DNA from: Chlorokybus atmophyticus
Lineage: Eukaryota; Plantae; Mesostigma and Chlorokybus algae
Assembly: GCA_009103225.1 (NCBI GenBank)
Contig: RHPI01000810.1
Span: forward strand, 496,001-560,000
Length of the DNA: 64,000 nucleotides
Direction of reading: 5' to 3'
Shown here: positions 36,507-47,983 of the stretch, piece by piece
Layout: the number at the start of each line of letters is the position of its first letter
Position numbering within the stretch: position 1 is the stretch's first letter
The notes under the pieces: model-generated
Told to the model about the DNA's origin: nothing
Databases searched by the model: none
The model's input: the letters and a program-made list of their open reading frames with translations, nothing else
Program-made: the position numbers and the translations under genes

Positions 36507-39235
36507 TCAGACCCAGCCAGTGCTAACGCCATCTCCACATGACGTTGCAGTTGCCGCTGTTGTGACCTTGATTGGGATCTCGTGCTGCTTGAGAAATGTT
36601 GACAGATTCCAAATCTTTCCCGCTCCGGCAGCAATGAGGAAGGTACGCGAACGCGAAGAAGCGCCGGGCGCAGCTTGGCACAAGCCCACTGGTTGCGGCC
36701 TGTTCGGGCTCTGCAGACCGATGAGGCGGCGGACAAACGACATCACTGCGCTGGGTGCTGGATACACCTTCCAAACCTCAAATGGCCCTCGCTCCAGCAG
36801 GTGCAAATTGGCCCAGACAGCCTCCTCAGGGAGCAAGAACTTTGCAACACGGCCACCCTCAGAGTGCTGGTCATCTATGTACTTGGTGAGCAGGCGGCAA
36901 GCACGGTCGTTGCTTGATGCTGTGGCCATCGCGTCGATATCACAAGTCACTGCATTGGACACCCAATACGCAAGCACTGCGTCCATGCAGAGCAGGGCAA
37001 TGGCAAATGCAATCCTTTGGAAGCAGTTGGTCGCCCAGGGAACTGCGAGCAGGGCTATCTGTGCCGCGAACACAGCCCAGGGGATGAAGATAGCCGCCGT
37101 TACGCCAGAAAGGCAGTACAGGCAGACCAGCAAGCCGCCAGAGTGCAGCAAGTACAGTCCCCAGCCAGCGATAGGGTGCATAGTCCGGGGAACAATCCAC
37201 AGCGGCAGCAGGAACGCCAATGTCAATGCAGAGAATACCAGTGGCTTTGCTTGATGAGGAAGGAGGAGGGACACAGGGCGGCACCAGGCCCACTTGTTCC
37301 CGCGGACTTTGCGTGCCACTGCCACTGCTAGCAATGCAATCGCAATTGATGCCACTGCGCCGGTCACTGCAGCTGGCAGCTCTGCCGAGTAACCCAGCAG
37401 TGCCCGACGTGTCTCGTGCCATTGATAGGGTAGCTGTGAAGGAAACAGAGGTTACAAAGCTTCATCACAGGCACAGAGAGAGCAGCCCATGATGCAGCTA
37501 ACAACATGTCAAACACCTCAGCAGACTTGCCTGCACGAATGGCGCACTCCACCAGTACCATGGCTTCAGCTGTGACATGCCTGGGAAGGTGATGACACTC
37601 TTTGCTGAGCAGGGCACTTCCCACTGGAACCGTTGGTAATAGTATGACTGGTCCATCTGGTAGCCAAAGGGCAACCGAAACAGTCCATGCTGCTGCGCTG
37701 GTGCATCCGGCTCAAACAGAGGAGCAGCAAGGAGGTCGGCAAAGTATGAGTTTAGAAAACCCTGATCCCCACCATCATATGACTCTAGCGCATGCGCTCG
37801 AGCCAACATGTCATTCAAGGTGTCATTGGATGGGGCGAGAACAGTCAGACCGGTGTGGAATATACAAGGGTTAATGAAGACAGCGCAAAACTCGCCACAC
37901 TTGAAAAGCTCGTCTACATTGCGCAGGAACAGATTGTCCGCATCCAACAGTACAACTCGCTTGTAGTCAAGAAGGCCCCATGCCCATATCTGCAACGTAC
38001 AAACACAAGCGCAAATGTTGGTTGACATGTTGCTAGCAACTGTGATAAATTCTTCAGCATGCAGTCAAGGTAGCATAGGAACATAGCTAGCAGTGGCATG
38101 CGTACTCAATCATGCTACCTCATCACTCAACGTGGCATAGGAACAGACCTGGCAAACCCATGCACACTCACTGCATGCATCAAGGGTAGCTTACGCACAA
38201 TACAGCAATGATAACTTCACAGCTTTACATCTGTTGAACATAACGTTGCACACATGACCTAGCGCTGCCAAGGCACACATATCTATCAACTCCAATGCTC
38301 TTTAACCCTGCTGATGGCCGAGTGCATCACATGATGATGGTGCACTCAGCCATCCGCAGGGTAACAATGCTGACTGTGTCATGGCGTGGCACAGCGGACT
38401 ACAACAGGCTGCAAAGAGCTGTGTGCTGTCATATGCCCAACCATGCAGCGAGACATAAAGAGTCTACAACCAGAACTGGGATGCCACTTGCACCAATGTA
38501 GCTGTTTATATATATGGGAGCATGCATAGTTGAGAGCTATGTGACACATCGACAACAGAGCAGAAGCACCCCGCAGGACAATATCAATTGAGCGACACAC
38601 AGCAGTCTGCCACAAACACACTTGCGTGCGCACAGGCACACACACACATGCTGTTGCATGCGCCTCTTCACGCATGCACGCACACAAATCTACCAATACT
38701 GGACTTGTCGACAACATGTCATATCAGCAGGGCACCTACCCTCCCACGCACTCAGTTGACCAACAAACTGGAAAGTATGGATGCCAAAACCCATTGACAA
38801 TCACACACTGGTGGCATTGCAAGCACACCAACACGCAAGTACCTTGTTCATGGCGTGCACAAAACGAGGGTCATAACGCTTCTGCTTGGCGTAAGGGTTG
38901 GGAGCATTGTCCACCTCGATCACACGCACACCGTCCTCCTCTGCAAGGATTCGTCTCCAGCTGACTGGCAGGTTGGAAGCGACCAGCGCCACTAGGTCTT
39001 CATTGGTGCCGAATGACCTCAGGCTGCGGAACATGACCCTAGTAGCCATGAAGAACTCATAGTCCCGTGGTGTGCCACCGTACAGTATAGCGGCGTAAGC
39101 ATTCTCACTGAAGCCTTTGGGCGCAGTCTCCTGAGCCCACGGCGTCTCTGACAACGACGGCAGCGACGAAACCGCACCCTCGGCCGACAACCAAGCCAAA
39201 AAGATCACCACCACTGCCAGCAGCAGCCGCCCCAT
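36507..39235 (-). CDS. PGSIP8: GT8 glycosyltransferase of the PGSIP7/PGSIP8 type (putative glucuronosyltransferase) with signal peptide and C-terminal TM helices
   Basis: NAYAAILYGGTPRDYEFFMATRVMFRSL..EEDGVRVIEVDNAPNPY..RFVHAMNK|IWAWGLLDYKRVVLLDADNLFL..LFKCGEFCAVFINPCIFHTGL..DGGDQGFL..RLPFGYQMD..KPWYWWS..W-x-E-x-RR-x3-GYSAELP..IVPRTMHPIAGWGLYL. This is the plant PGSIP7/8 signature with the DxD motif. Confidence 0.88.
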
Positions 39236-41427
39236 GCTGCAGCCACCACACCACTTGTGCTGCAGCTTACACCGACACATCCCTTGACACCATCATCCTA
39301 GCAGGGCAATGCGGCCTTTACGCCACCAGCGAACTGATTCCCTCGAGTCAAAAGAATCCACCAAAAACCGCAGGCACTTCGCTGCCCCTGACGCCGCCAC
39401 CACCGCCACCGCCGCCACCACCGCCGCTGCCCACAACTTTGGCGCTCTCAATTTCCAACAAGCCAGCGGCAGCTGTCACTGCTTGGGTGCTTGCCAAATG
39501 CCATTGCAGATTTTTTGCGCTCCAGTTTGTTAACAACCAGGGCACAATCGATTGAAACGGCATGGCAATAACGGCACACCCATCCGCGGCGCGATCGCAC
39601 TTGCCCCAAATCGCGTTAGAAAGTTCTATGGGACCTGCTTGCACAACTTTATGCACATAGGCACACAACCTGAAAACGTCCCCAAATATGCCACATTTAC
39701 CCCACGAATTAGGGTCATCAACGATCAAAAGCTTTTGGGCCAACAGGGGTCGGCTACATTTCGGACATGCAGTGCGCAAACCCTAACCCCGTCCCAAAAT
39801 CCTTGTGGACATTCATTAATCTCGATACGGGAAGGACTTTGCTGTCAGGGGACCAGCATTACAGTCGGTTCATTGGCAGCAAACGCCGCGTGTATCGCAA
39901 TTCATCAAACATCGGACGTCAGCATCAAGGCTGGGGCCGCGGGGTTGTGTCAGGCGTAAGTTTAAGCCTCTGTTTCCAGCCGTCGGCAACCAACGGATTG
40001 CGACGCAACGTCGCTTCAAGTCCCGTTTGCATGGCCAGCTCTGCGAACCTTCGCCACAGGTAATTTACAGCGAAGCCTATGAGATATCAAAATGACAGGT
40101 GCATAGAGTTCGTCGCGTCGCCACAGCCAGTAGCGAGCCGCTGGTTGTGGCGCAACTCACTTGTCCTTTTGTGTTGGCGCCACCAAGTCGGAGGGGGCGC
40201 GCGCGACAATGGATGCCGGATGGCGGCGGGGCATCTTTTCCGGCGGCCGGTAGCGTATCTGGCTAGGGGTTTTGGCCGAGCCTACCTACCGGGGACAACT
40301 CCCCTGAAACTCATAAGTACACTACATGTAGTCGTTCCCCGTTATTACATCTACTTTTATCTTTAAGCGTGTAATGCCACTAAGAGGGGGTATTTTCTTG
40401 GTGCTTCAATTGAAAGGAAGATATTCCTTCAACGCCTACGGGAGCCCTCGAAACATCACTTATGCGGGTTTATGCTTGTAACCGTAGCCTTTAACAACAT
40501 CATCTTATGCTGATATGCAAATGCAAATACAGCAATTTATAAAAATACCTATGTATTTGTATACACATGTCATTTGAATGATTTGGTAACTTGGTTCTTG
40601 CACACTAGTTTTTAATTTATTACATAATACCTGGTACGTAAGCTAACCAATTCGTTTGAGATATTCGCATGGTAGAAGTTTGGCCTTATTAAAATTTCGG
40701 GCCTCCAATTTTGATTAATCCATAACTGTAGTCTTGTAATACATTATCATTGCTGCAAATCTTATAGATTATTATTTTTGTAATATTTTTTGAATACAAG
40801 TTATTTTATTGTTATTCAAATTCTACTTGAGCATCCAACATAATTCGCCATCAATGCCATAAAACAACCACTGGGCCCAATCAACATACTACTCAACTTG
40901 TACCGCCCCCATGTTGCCTGTTTTACTACTCATGCGTTCATGTACCAGCGACATTGATAGTCACTTACACAACGGCTAACTACTAACACCGTCGTTGATA
41001 GGCGCGCGTAATGTGTGTTTAGTTAATATAGAATTACATAATATGTATACATACATATACGTATATTGATAACATATAATGGCCACACCATGTGCCATTA
41101 GACAAACAATGTTAATTATAACACATGATAACAAAATCATAATTTGTATCCTTTGTTTAAAGAAATGTATATGCATGCATATATACGTATATTGGTAATA
41201 ATTTGATGGCCACATCGTATGGCCATTAAACGAACAATGCCAATTGTAAAAAATGTTAACAACATTAATATTGAGATCCTTCCTTTGCAGAATTTGACTC
41301 AAGAACTTGAACCTAGTTCAACAAAATTGTAAGCTGTAAGTTTACGGATAACACGACATCAAAAACCCATTCAATGCGGCTACGTCCACTTGCTACGCAC
41401 GAGGGGGGGGGGGGGGGGGGGGGGGGN

Positions 41428-41908
41428 CTGCTTGCGATAGCATAGCATGACAGTTGGTTGCAGATGTCTGCTCCTTCCATGTGTGAGTACAATGCATGTG
41501 GATTGCGGTTTGCAACCTGCCTTTACAACCGAGGGCCTTAAGCACAAAATTGTACAAAACTTAAGAGGAGCTAGCACAGGCCCAATCAGTATGCAGTCAC
41601 ATGATGTGATGTGACATGCTATGTCAAGACAAACTACATGGCAGCCTTAGTGTCAAGTCGCTCTGTAAGTGTGTTACGCCTGTAAGGCAAGGCTTACTTG
41701 TTCTCATGACACTGCTTGCGATAGCATAGCATGACAGTTGGTTGCAGATGTCTGCTCCTTCCATGTGTGAGTACAATGCATGTGGATTGCGGTTTGCAAC
41801 CTGCCTTTACAACCGAGGGCCTTAAGCACAAAATTGTACAAAACTTAAGAGGAGCTAGCACAGGCCCAATCAGTATGCAGTCACATGATGTGATGTGACA
41901 TGCTATGT
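41428..41908. repeat. Two direct copies of a 197-bp unit (41428-41624 and 41712-41908), period 284 bp
   Basis: Both copies run CTGCTTGCGATAGC...GACATGCTATGT and look identical by eye. The first begins right after a poly-G/N junction. Confidence 0.9.
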
Positions 41909-42668
41909 TGCCTTCTATGAGCACAACCCCACGTTGGTATCATCCGCGTAGGAGTGCTTTACTTGGACAAGCAGGCACTGAGCGGTTAAGTGATGTGTTT
42001 AACTAGTAGCTCTACGGCCTAAAGTGGCGGAGCATATAAATGAGGTCAGCGCGTGTGGTAAAGGGGGCACTTAGCCCGCTGGCTCATAAGGTGCACCTTT
42101 GCTGCCAACATGTGGCCAAGCGGGAAGGCCGCAAATAGGGGTATATAAGAAGATTGCTGGTGGTGTCTAGACAAGTGTGGGACTCCTCATGCTCGCTACT
42201 GTGTGAGGGGTGCTTTGCGGTAGCGATTTAAGGGGTCTTCCCCCTGCTATTGTTAGGTAGGTTGTGAGCTGTGTTGGGAGCGGTGTGCGAAGGAAGACTG
42301 GAGGACAGCCTTCTTCACGGGTGTGGCTTTGGGAGCCTGCTTTAAAGAGAAAGGACTTGCAACAGCCCCAGCTGTGACGGTTTTGCTTAGAGTCTGAGTA
42401 GAACTGTACCGCATACATTATGGCATGACTGATAGTGTATGCACATGTATGCTAGTGCCCAATTGCATTAGCTAGCAAAGTTGTTGAGAAAAGGCCTGGC
42501 CTTGGGCGGTCAACCTTACAGAATGTGTAAGTGGGAAGCACTATCGCTGCTACATTGCTGTACTTCATGTGCACCTCCAGGCCGCACTGCTACTATTGAT
42601 ATAGCTGGTTGGTATTTTAATGTGCTTCGTCTACTTATATTTCTGGCCTCTACACTTTACTGCTATTG

Positions 42669-42936
42669 TGTTGACAATCAGAGTGCAGTGCTATACCAAC
42701 ACTTTATTGACCAGTGCATACATGCGCATATACACACCGTCAAAAGTGCACAGACTCAACGTGATCCAGTGACAAGTTACCTGTTGTCCTACATATACAA
42801 CTCACAACGGCTACTAATATCATATGAGTCATATCGAGCAAATTCTACTGATTAGTCCAATATCGATTGCTAACTCACGAGCAGATGATAATCTGTATAC
42901 AACAAGCTTATTGAACTAGGTGACTATATCACAACA
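42669..42936 (-). repeat. Copia 3' LTR (268 bp)
   Basis: TGTTGAC...TATATCACAACA on the + strand; aligns with 53908-54177 at roughly 80% by eye; adjoins the PPT at 42937-42943. Confidence 0.9.
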
Positions 42937-42939
42937 CTC

Positions 42940-45900
42940 CCACGCAAGCAGCTTGTTGTGTCCATCGGTCTCCCGCTTGACTGTCCTTCGTCTTCACTTC
43001 GCTCCGAGTCTTTCGCAGCAAGTCTTGAACTTGGCTGGTGGCAGGGCCTTGGTCATACAGTCTGCCAGCATGTTCTTCGTGCTTCCAGTAGATGAACTAC
43101 ACCTCCCTTTCAGCCACTCTCTCACATACAAAGTGATGCACAACATCAATGTACTTGGACCTTACTAACGCGGTCGGATGCTTAAGCAACTTGATTGCTC
43201 CATAGTTGTCACAATGCATGGCCAAGGTCTGCCATCAGCTTCCTCAACCAGAGTTCCTCCTTAACTGCCTGTGATGCAACCATATACTCTGCTTCAGCTT
43301 TGGATACAACAAATGTGGGTTTGAGTCTGCGACAACAACTGACCACTTCTCCATAAAGAAGAAAGGTGTAGCCTGTGGTAGACTTCCTTGTATCTCAATC
43401 TTTAGCATAGTCAGCATCACAAAACCACTGTAATGCTGTGCTCTCCCTTCAAAGGTGATCCCAACTGCATTACTACCAGCAATGTAGCGAAGGATTGCCT
43501 TTGCTGCCTTCCAGTGCTCCATTGTGGGTGCTAACATGTGCCTTGCAAGTACGCGGACAGACAGTGGAATGTCTGATCTGATGCTAATTGATAGATACGG
43601 GAAGCTACTTACCATCTCACCATATGGGTACCGCTCCTTGCTGAGTAACTTTGAGTCTGCTGTAGCACACTACAGCTTTGTCCCTACTCCCATGGGGACT
43701 ATCTCAAACTTGGCTTGTTCAAGACCGAACTTGTTGATCATCTTGGCAATCACTGATTGCAGCAGATGGCATCTGCTGCTGGCTGATCTTTGCTGTCTTC
43801 GTCACCCTGTCTCTCCCCATGAACATGCCAAGGAACCACTTGTCAACTCCCAAGTTTTGGGCACTGAAGGCCTCTTTCAATGCAGACTTGACATGCTCTA
43901 TGTCACTCACAATGTGCAGCGACAATGATGTCTTCAACATATACAAGCCACACTTTCTTGGTATGGGGGAACAGCCCGGGGTCTGCCTCTGAATCCTTGA
44001 ATCCCTGCCTCTCTAGCTCCGTTAACAATTTAATATGACAGACTCTGGGTGCTTGCTTTAGCCCGTAGAGAGCCCTCTCCAACTTGCACACTGTGCTACT
44101 ACTTTATGGTAGCCTCCCAATTGCTGAACATAGATGTCTTTCTCCAACTTCCCATACAAGAACGATGTCTTCACGTCCAAAAAAAGAAAGCTCAAGGTTT
44201 TAAGCAACAACAACTGCAAGCAACGCACGAAAGGTTGTGTGCTTGCTCGCGGGTGCCAAGACTTCTGTTGTTAAAGCCGATGCCTTCTTGCTGTAGAAAC
44301 CCTTTAACAATAAGCCTGGCCTTGTAGCGCTTGATATTGCCTTGTCCGCCTTCTTTCATTTCAAAGACCAACTTCATAACAATTGACTTGACACTGCTGG
44401 AATTGCCTCCAGCCTCCAAGTTATGTTGGTGTGCAAGGATGCAATCTCTTCGTCCATTGCTTATTGCCACTGTTTAGCATCAGGTCCAGCCAGTGCCTCC
44501 CTATAGGTGGATGCTCAGTGACCTCGGCGTTAATGTGTTGCTCCTTCAGAGCTTTTTAAAAATGGTGGCAATCAATCTGGTTTGCGACTCTCTCTGTGTA
44601 AATAGCGCTTCTCCTGCTGAACTTCCTGCACATGCTCCTCTTGCATATGCATTGCCTGCTGCTGTTGTTGTTGTTGTGGATGTTGCGGCAAGGCTGTAGT
44701 GATGGTGCTGTTGGTGGTGTGCTCCTGCTGCACACCCTCTTTGTCCTCATCTTTGAGATTAAGAATGACGCCTTGAGCACCTGTTACTGCTCTTCCCTCA
44801 GCAAATACAACATCGTGGCTGACCACAGCTTTCTTGCCATCCATGAGCACCCTGTACCCCATTGTGTTTGGCTCGTAGCCCACAAAAACTCCCTTGTTGC
44901 TAACCGGATCCAATTTATTGCATTGCTTTGAGACATGAACGAAGCACTCACACCCAAACACCTTCAGCAGATTTTCATCTAGTTGCCAACAAAATAAAGC
45001 GCTCCCACGGAGTCTTTGGTTGCAACCTCACGAGGGATCTATTGCGGACGTAGTTGGCAGTTAACACTGCTTCTTTCCATATACTCTTGTCCAACCTAGC
45101 ATCGGAGAGTATGGATCCAGCCTTTTCAAACAACGCTCCGTTCAACCTCTCTGCAGGACCACTTTGCTGCGGGGTGTAGGCGCACTAGTGTCATGCCTTA
45201 TGCCCTCGCTGGCATAGTAGGCTTGCAGCTGTTTATTAACATACTCGCCACCTCAGAGGCTCTGTCACTGCAAAGCGCCTTTACTTTCTACTCAAATCCA
45301 GTCTCAACCAAAGCGATTGCTTTCTGTACAGTTGCAGCGACATTTGACTTGTGCACCAATAATATCACTACGGATAGCTTGCTGAAGTTTTAAAAAAATG
45401 TACCGAATCACGAGCACTGTCATTCTTTTAATGCGACAAGCACGGGACCAAACACATCTGTGTGTAGCAACTCCAAGGGTCTACTGCTGACATGCTCTGA
45501 CCGCTGAAATGGTTGTCTATGCTTGCCTAACAAGAATGGCTCACACAACACATCTTGTGCTGCTCTGCAGTCCTCTAGAGCAAGGTTGATGCCACGCAAC
45601 ATGCCTTCTATCACCATCCTCTCGATGTTGCCGTAGTTGAGGTGGCCAAGTTGTCTGTGCTCGAGTGATGCACTGGCAGTCTCCTTGTTATAGCCGTTAA
45701 TGCAGAATGCCTTGCATTCTCCTCTTCCTTCATCAGCCACAGGTTCCCACAATTCATGCTTCTGATCAGAATAACTCCCCGCTGCTATCTGACACAGTCC
45801 TCCTTCAAATGTGACTCTGTAGCCCAACCTTGAAGCTCTTCTGATGGAGAACAAGCTTGCAGTGGCTGCGAGTACATGTAAGACAATTTTGAGCGGTACC

Positions 45901-46828
45901 TTTCGTACAACTCTTTTGATCTTGCAGTGCAAGATGATGTCTCCCTTGGCAGCAGAAGGCAGCTTAATTTTATTGCCGAAATGGACTGTGATGTGTCAGG
46001 TAAGGGGTGTGTAGCTCGTCAGCTTCCCCTTGTCAGGTGTGAGATGGCTCGTGCATCCACTGTGCAGCACCCAGGAAGACAATGTTGTCTCCTCTAAAGT
46101 TGAAGCTGTGAAAATCCACTGCCCTGTTTATGCTTCCTCCCTTGCTCTTACTTCCACCTCGAAGCCGCATCCTGCACTCAGCAATAAACCGCCGTGGCTT
46201 CTTACAGTAGTGGCAACTCCCTTTCTTCTTGCCACGTTTGTATCCTCCCTTGCTCTAAAATTTGTATGTTGAAGCAAAATGCCTCTGCATCTCCAGCTGC
46301 TTCCCTCTTCTTTAAGAGTCTCTCCTCTATCTGCAGAAGCCTAGGGGTGACTTCGTCCGGGGTGAGCTCATCATTTGTGCCCTTAAGCATAGTCACAGTC
46401 ATGCCGTACTCATCAGACAGCCCTGCACGCACTGCCCATACCACCTCTTGTTCTCTCAGCTCTTGGTCGACTTCAAGGAGGTCTTTCCACAGCTCTCTCG
46501 CTCTGGACACGTACTTTGTGACTATCTCGTCCTTCTCCTTCAAGGTAGATATAAGCTTTCTCAACTGCAATTTTCGGGCATTGTTTTCCACCTAAAACGC
46601 AATCAAACTTCTCCTAAGCTTGTCTTGCAGTGGTGCATTCATCCAACATAACCAAGTGATGATCTCTCATGTGCAAACCTATCAGAGCAAAAGCACGTTC
46701 AGAACTTGTTTCCAAACAGCACTGCGACCTGTTATGGTAGGATCAGCCTCGTCTGAGTCCACGTAGTTTCACAGCTGCTTGTGGACCAGGAGCATCTTCA
46801 TAGAAATACTCCAATATGTGTAGTTATC
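42940..46828 (-). pseudogene. Copia gag-pol remnant with many stops and frameshifts
   Basis: DNYTYWSISMKMLLVHKQL; UBN2-type gag (KLQLRKLISTLK..YVSRAREL..GLSDEY); protease WVL(H)SGCTSHLT; pre-integrase HRQLGHLNY; integrase LELLHTDVFGP and FGCECFVH..GVFVGYEPNTMGYRV; RT KRYKARLIVKGFLQQEG, LERALYGLKQAPR, VYVEDII; RNase H region with WKAAKAILRYI. Confidence 0.9.
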
Positions 46829-47147
46829 TGTAACGGAGTGCTACCGCTACGGTTCCCCGCCTTTATTTAATGAGAAATAAGGGTTTCAACGGGATAAACA
46901 CAACCATCAGAGTCGTAATAGGGCCTTTATAGGCCCTAATAAGGTGTTATGTAACACCAATATCGACTTGAGACATGAGTCTCAAGTCGATATCGGCCGC
47001 ATGGCGGCGCCGCTAACGCAGCGACCGCCATAGCCAGGGGAGCTTTCGATCCCCTGGCTGCCAGCGGCGGCGGCGGCGGCGACGTGGCTGTGGTTAGTGG
47101 TGTTGGGGTAGGGGATTAAAGGGGGCGGTAGCACCCCCCTTCTTACA
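46829..47147 (+). repeat. Gypsy 5' LTR (319 bp)
   Basis: TGTAACGGAGTGCTACC...CCCCTTCTTACA; about 90% similar by eye to 53446-53757. Confidence 0.92.
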
Positions 47148-47983
47148 TTTGATATCGGAGCGAGGGCGTGGGGGCCTGGGGGGGCGGTGACGGCTTTGGC
47201 GACGGCGGGGCGCAGAGGCGGTAGTCGGCACTGCTCAGTGCCAACGTCAGACCGGCGGCCTGACAGCGGCGGCAGCTAGCAGCCGCTACCCACTAGGGTG
47301 GGTAGTGGTAGTTGTTAGCTAGTTGTTGTTGTTGTTGTATAGTTGTATAGTGCTGCTGTTGGTGTAGCCTTGCCTAGCCTTGCCTTGCCTTGCTTGCTTA
47401 GCCTAGCCTAGCTTGCCTTGCCTAGCCTAGCTTGTTAGTGTGAAGGGGAGGCGGCCACTTTGGCAGCCTCACCTCAAGTATTGTATCTCAGCACATCACT
47501 TGTAACCAAATCACATTATTACTTGTGAGTGTGCTCGTGGTTGGGGCTGCCACCACGTGGATTCGTGGTGGTGTAAGGGGGGGGGTTGTGGTTGTTTACA
47601 CTTCTCCCACCCCAAGAAAGCAGTCTAACGCCTACTTGGGCTGTTTTTGCCGCCATTCAATGCGGTAGGGCCGCCAGATTCAACGAGAGTTTGGCACCTT
47701 TTGTGTCATTTACAATTGTGAGTTGAGCAGGGTTGTACAAAGTGAAAACTTTGAGTTGTTGTAGCTTGTGAACCGTCGCGTGGATTTGCATGCGGTTTGT
47801 TTACAAGCGAGTGTCTTGTTGAGAGGTGTTGGGCAGTTATTTTATGTGCTGTTTAACCCAAGTATAGCACCTCGAAATTAACAAGAAAGAAATAACAAAT
47901 CTTGACAATTTCAGAGTGCACAACTCGTGTGCTTGTGCACTCGTGCACTTGCAAACTTCTTGACGGCTTGTCTCCTTGGGCAG

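Noticed and set aside
36385-37254. 289-aa plus-strand ORF and other long ORFs antisense to BRF1, HRQ1 and PGSIP8 exons
   Set aside because: Shadow frames of GC-rich coding exons with no family motifs.
39348-39779. 143-aa minus-strand ORF upstream of PGSIP8
   Set aside because: Starts in promoter-like DNA at a telo-box and runs into a GGC microsatellite typical of 5' UTRs here; no motif.
39550-41400. tRNA or other structured RNA gene in the intergenic block
   Set aside because: No cloverleaf, A/B-box pair or snoRNA box arrangement could be identified by eye.
41428-41908. Direct repeats as a CRISPR-like array
   Set aside because: Only two 197-bp copies, eukaryotic context and no cas genes.
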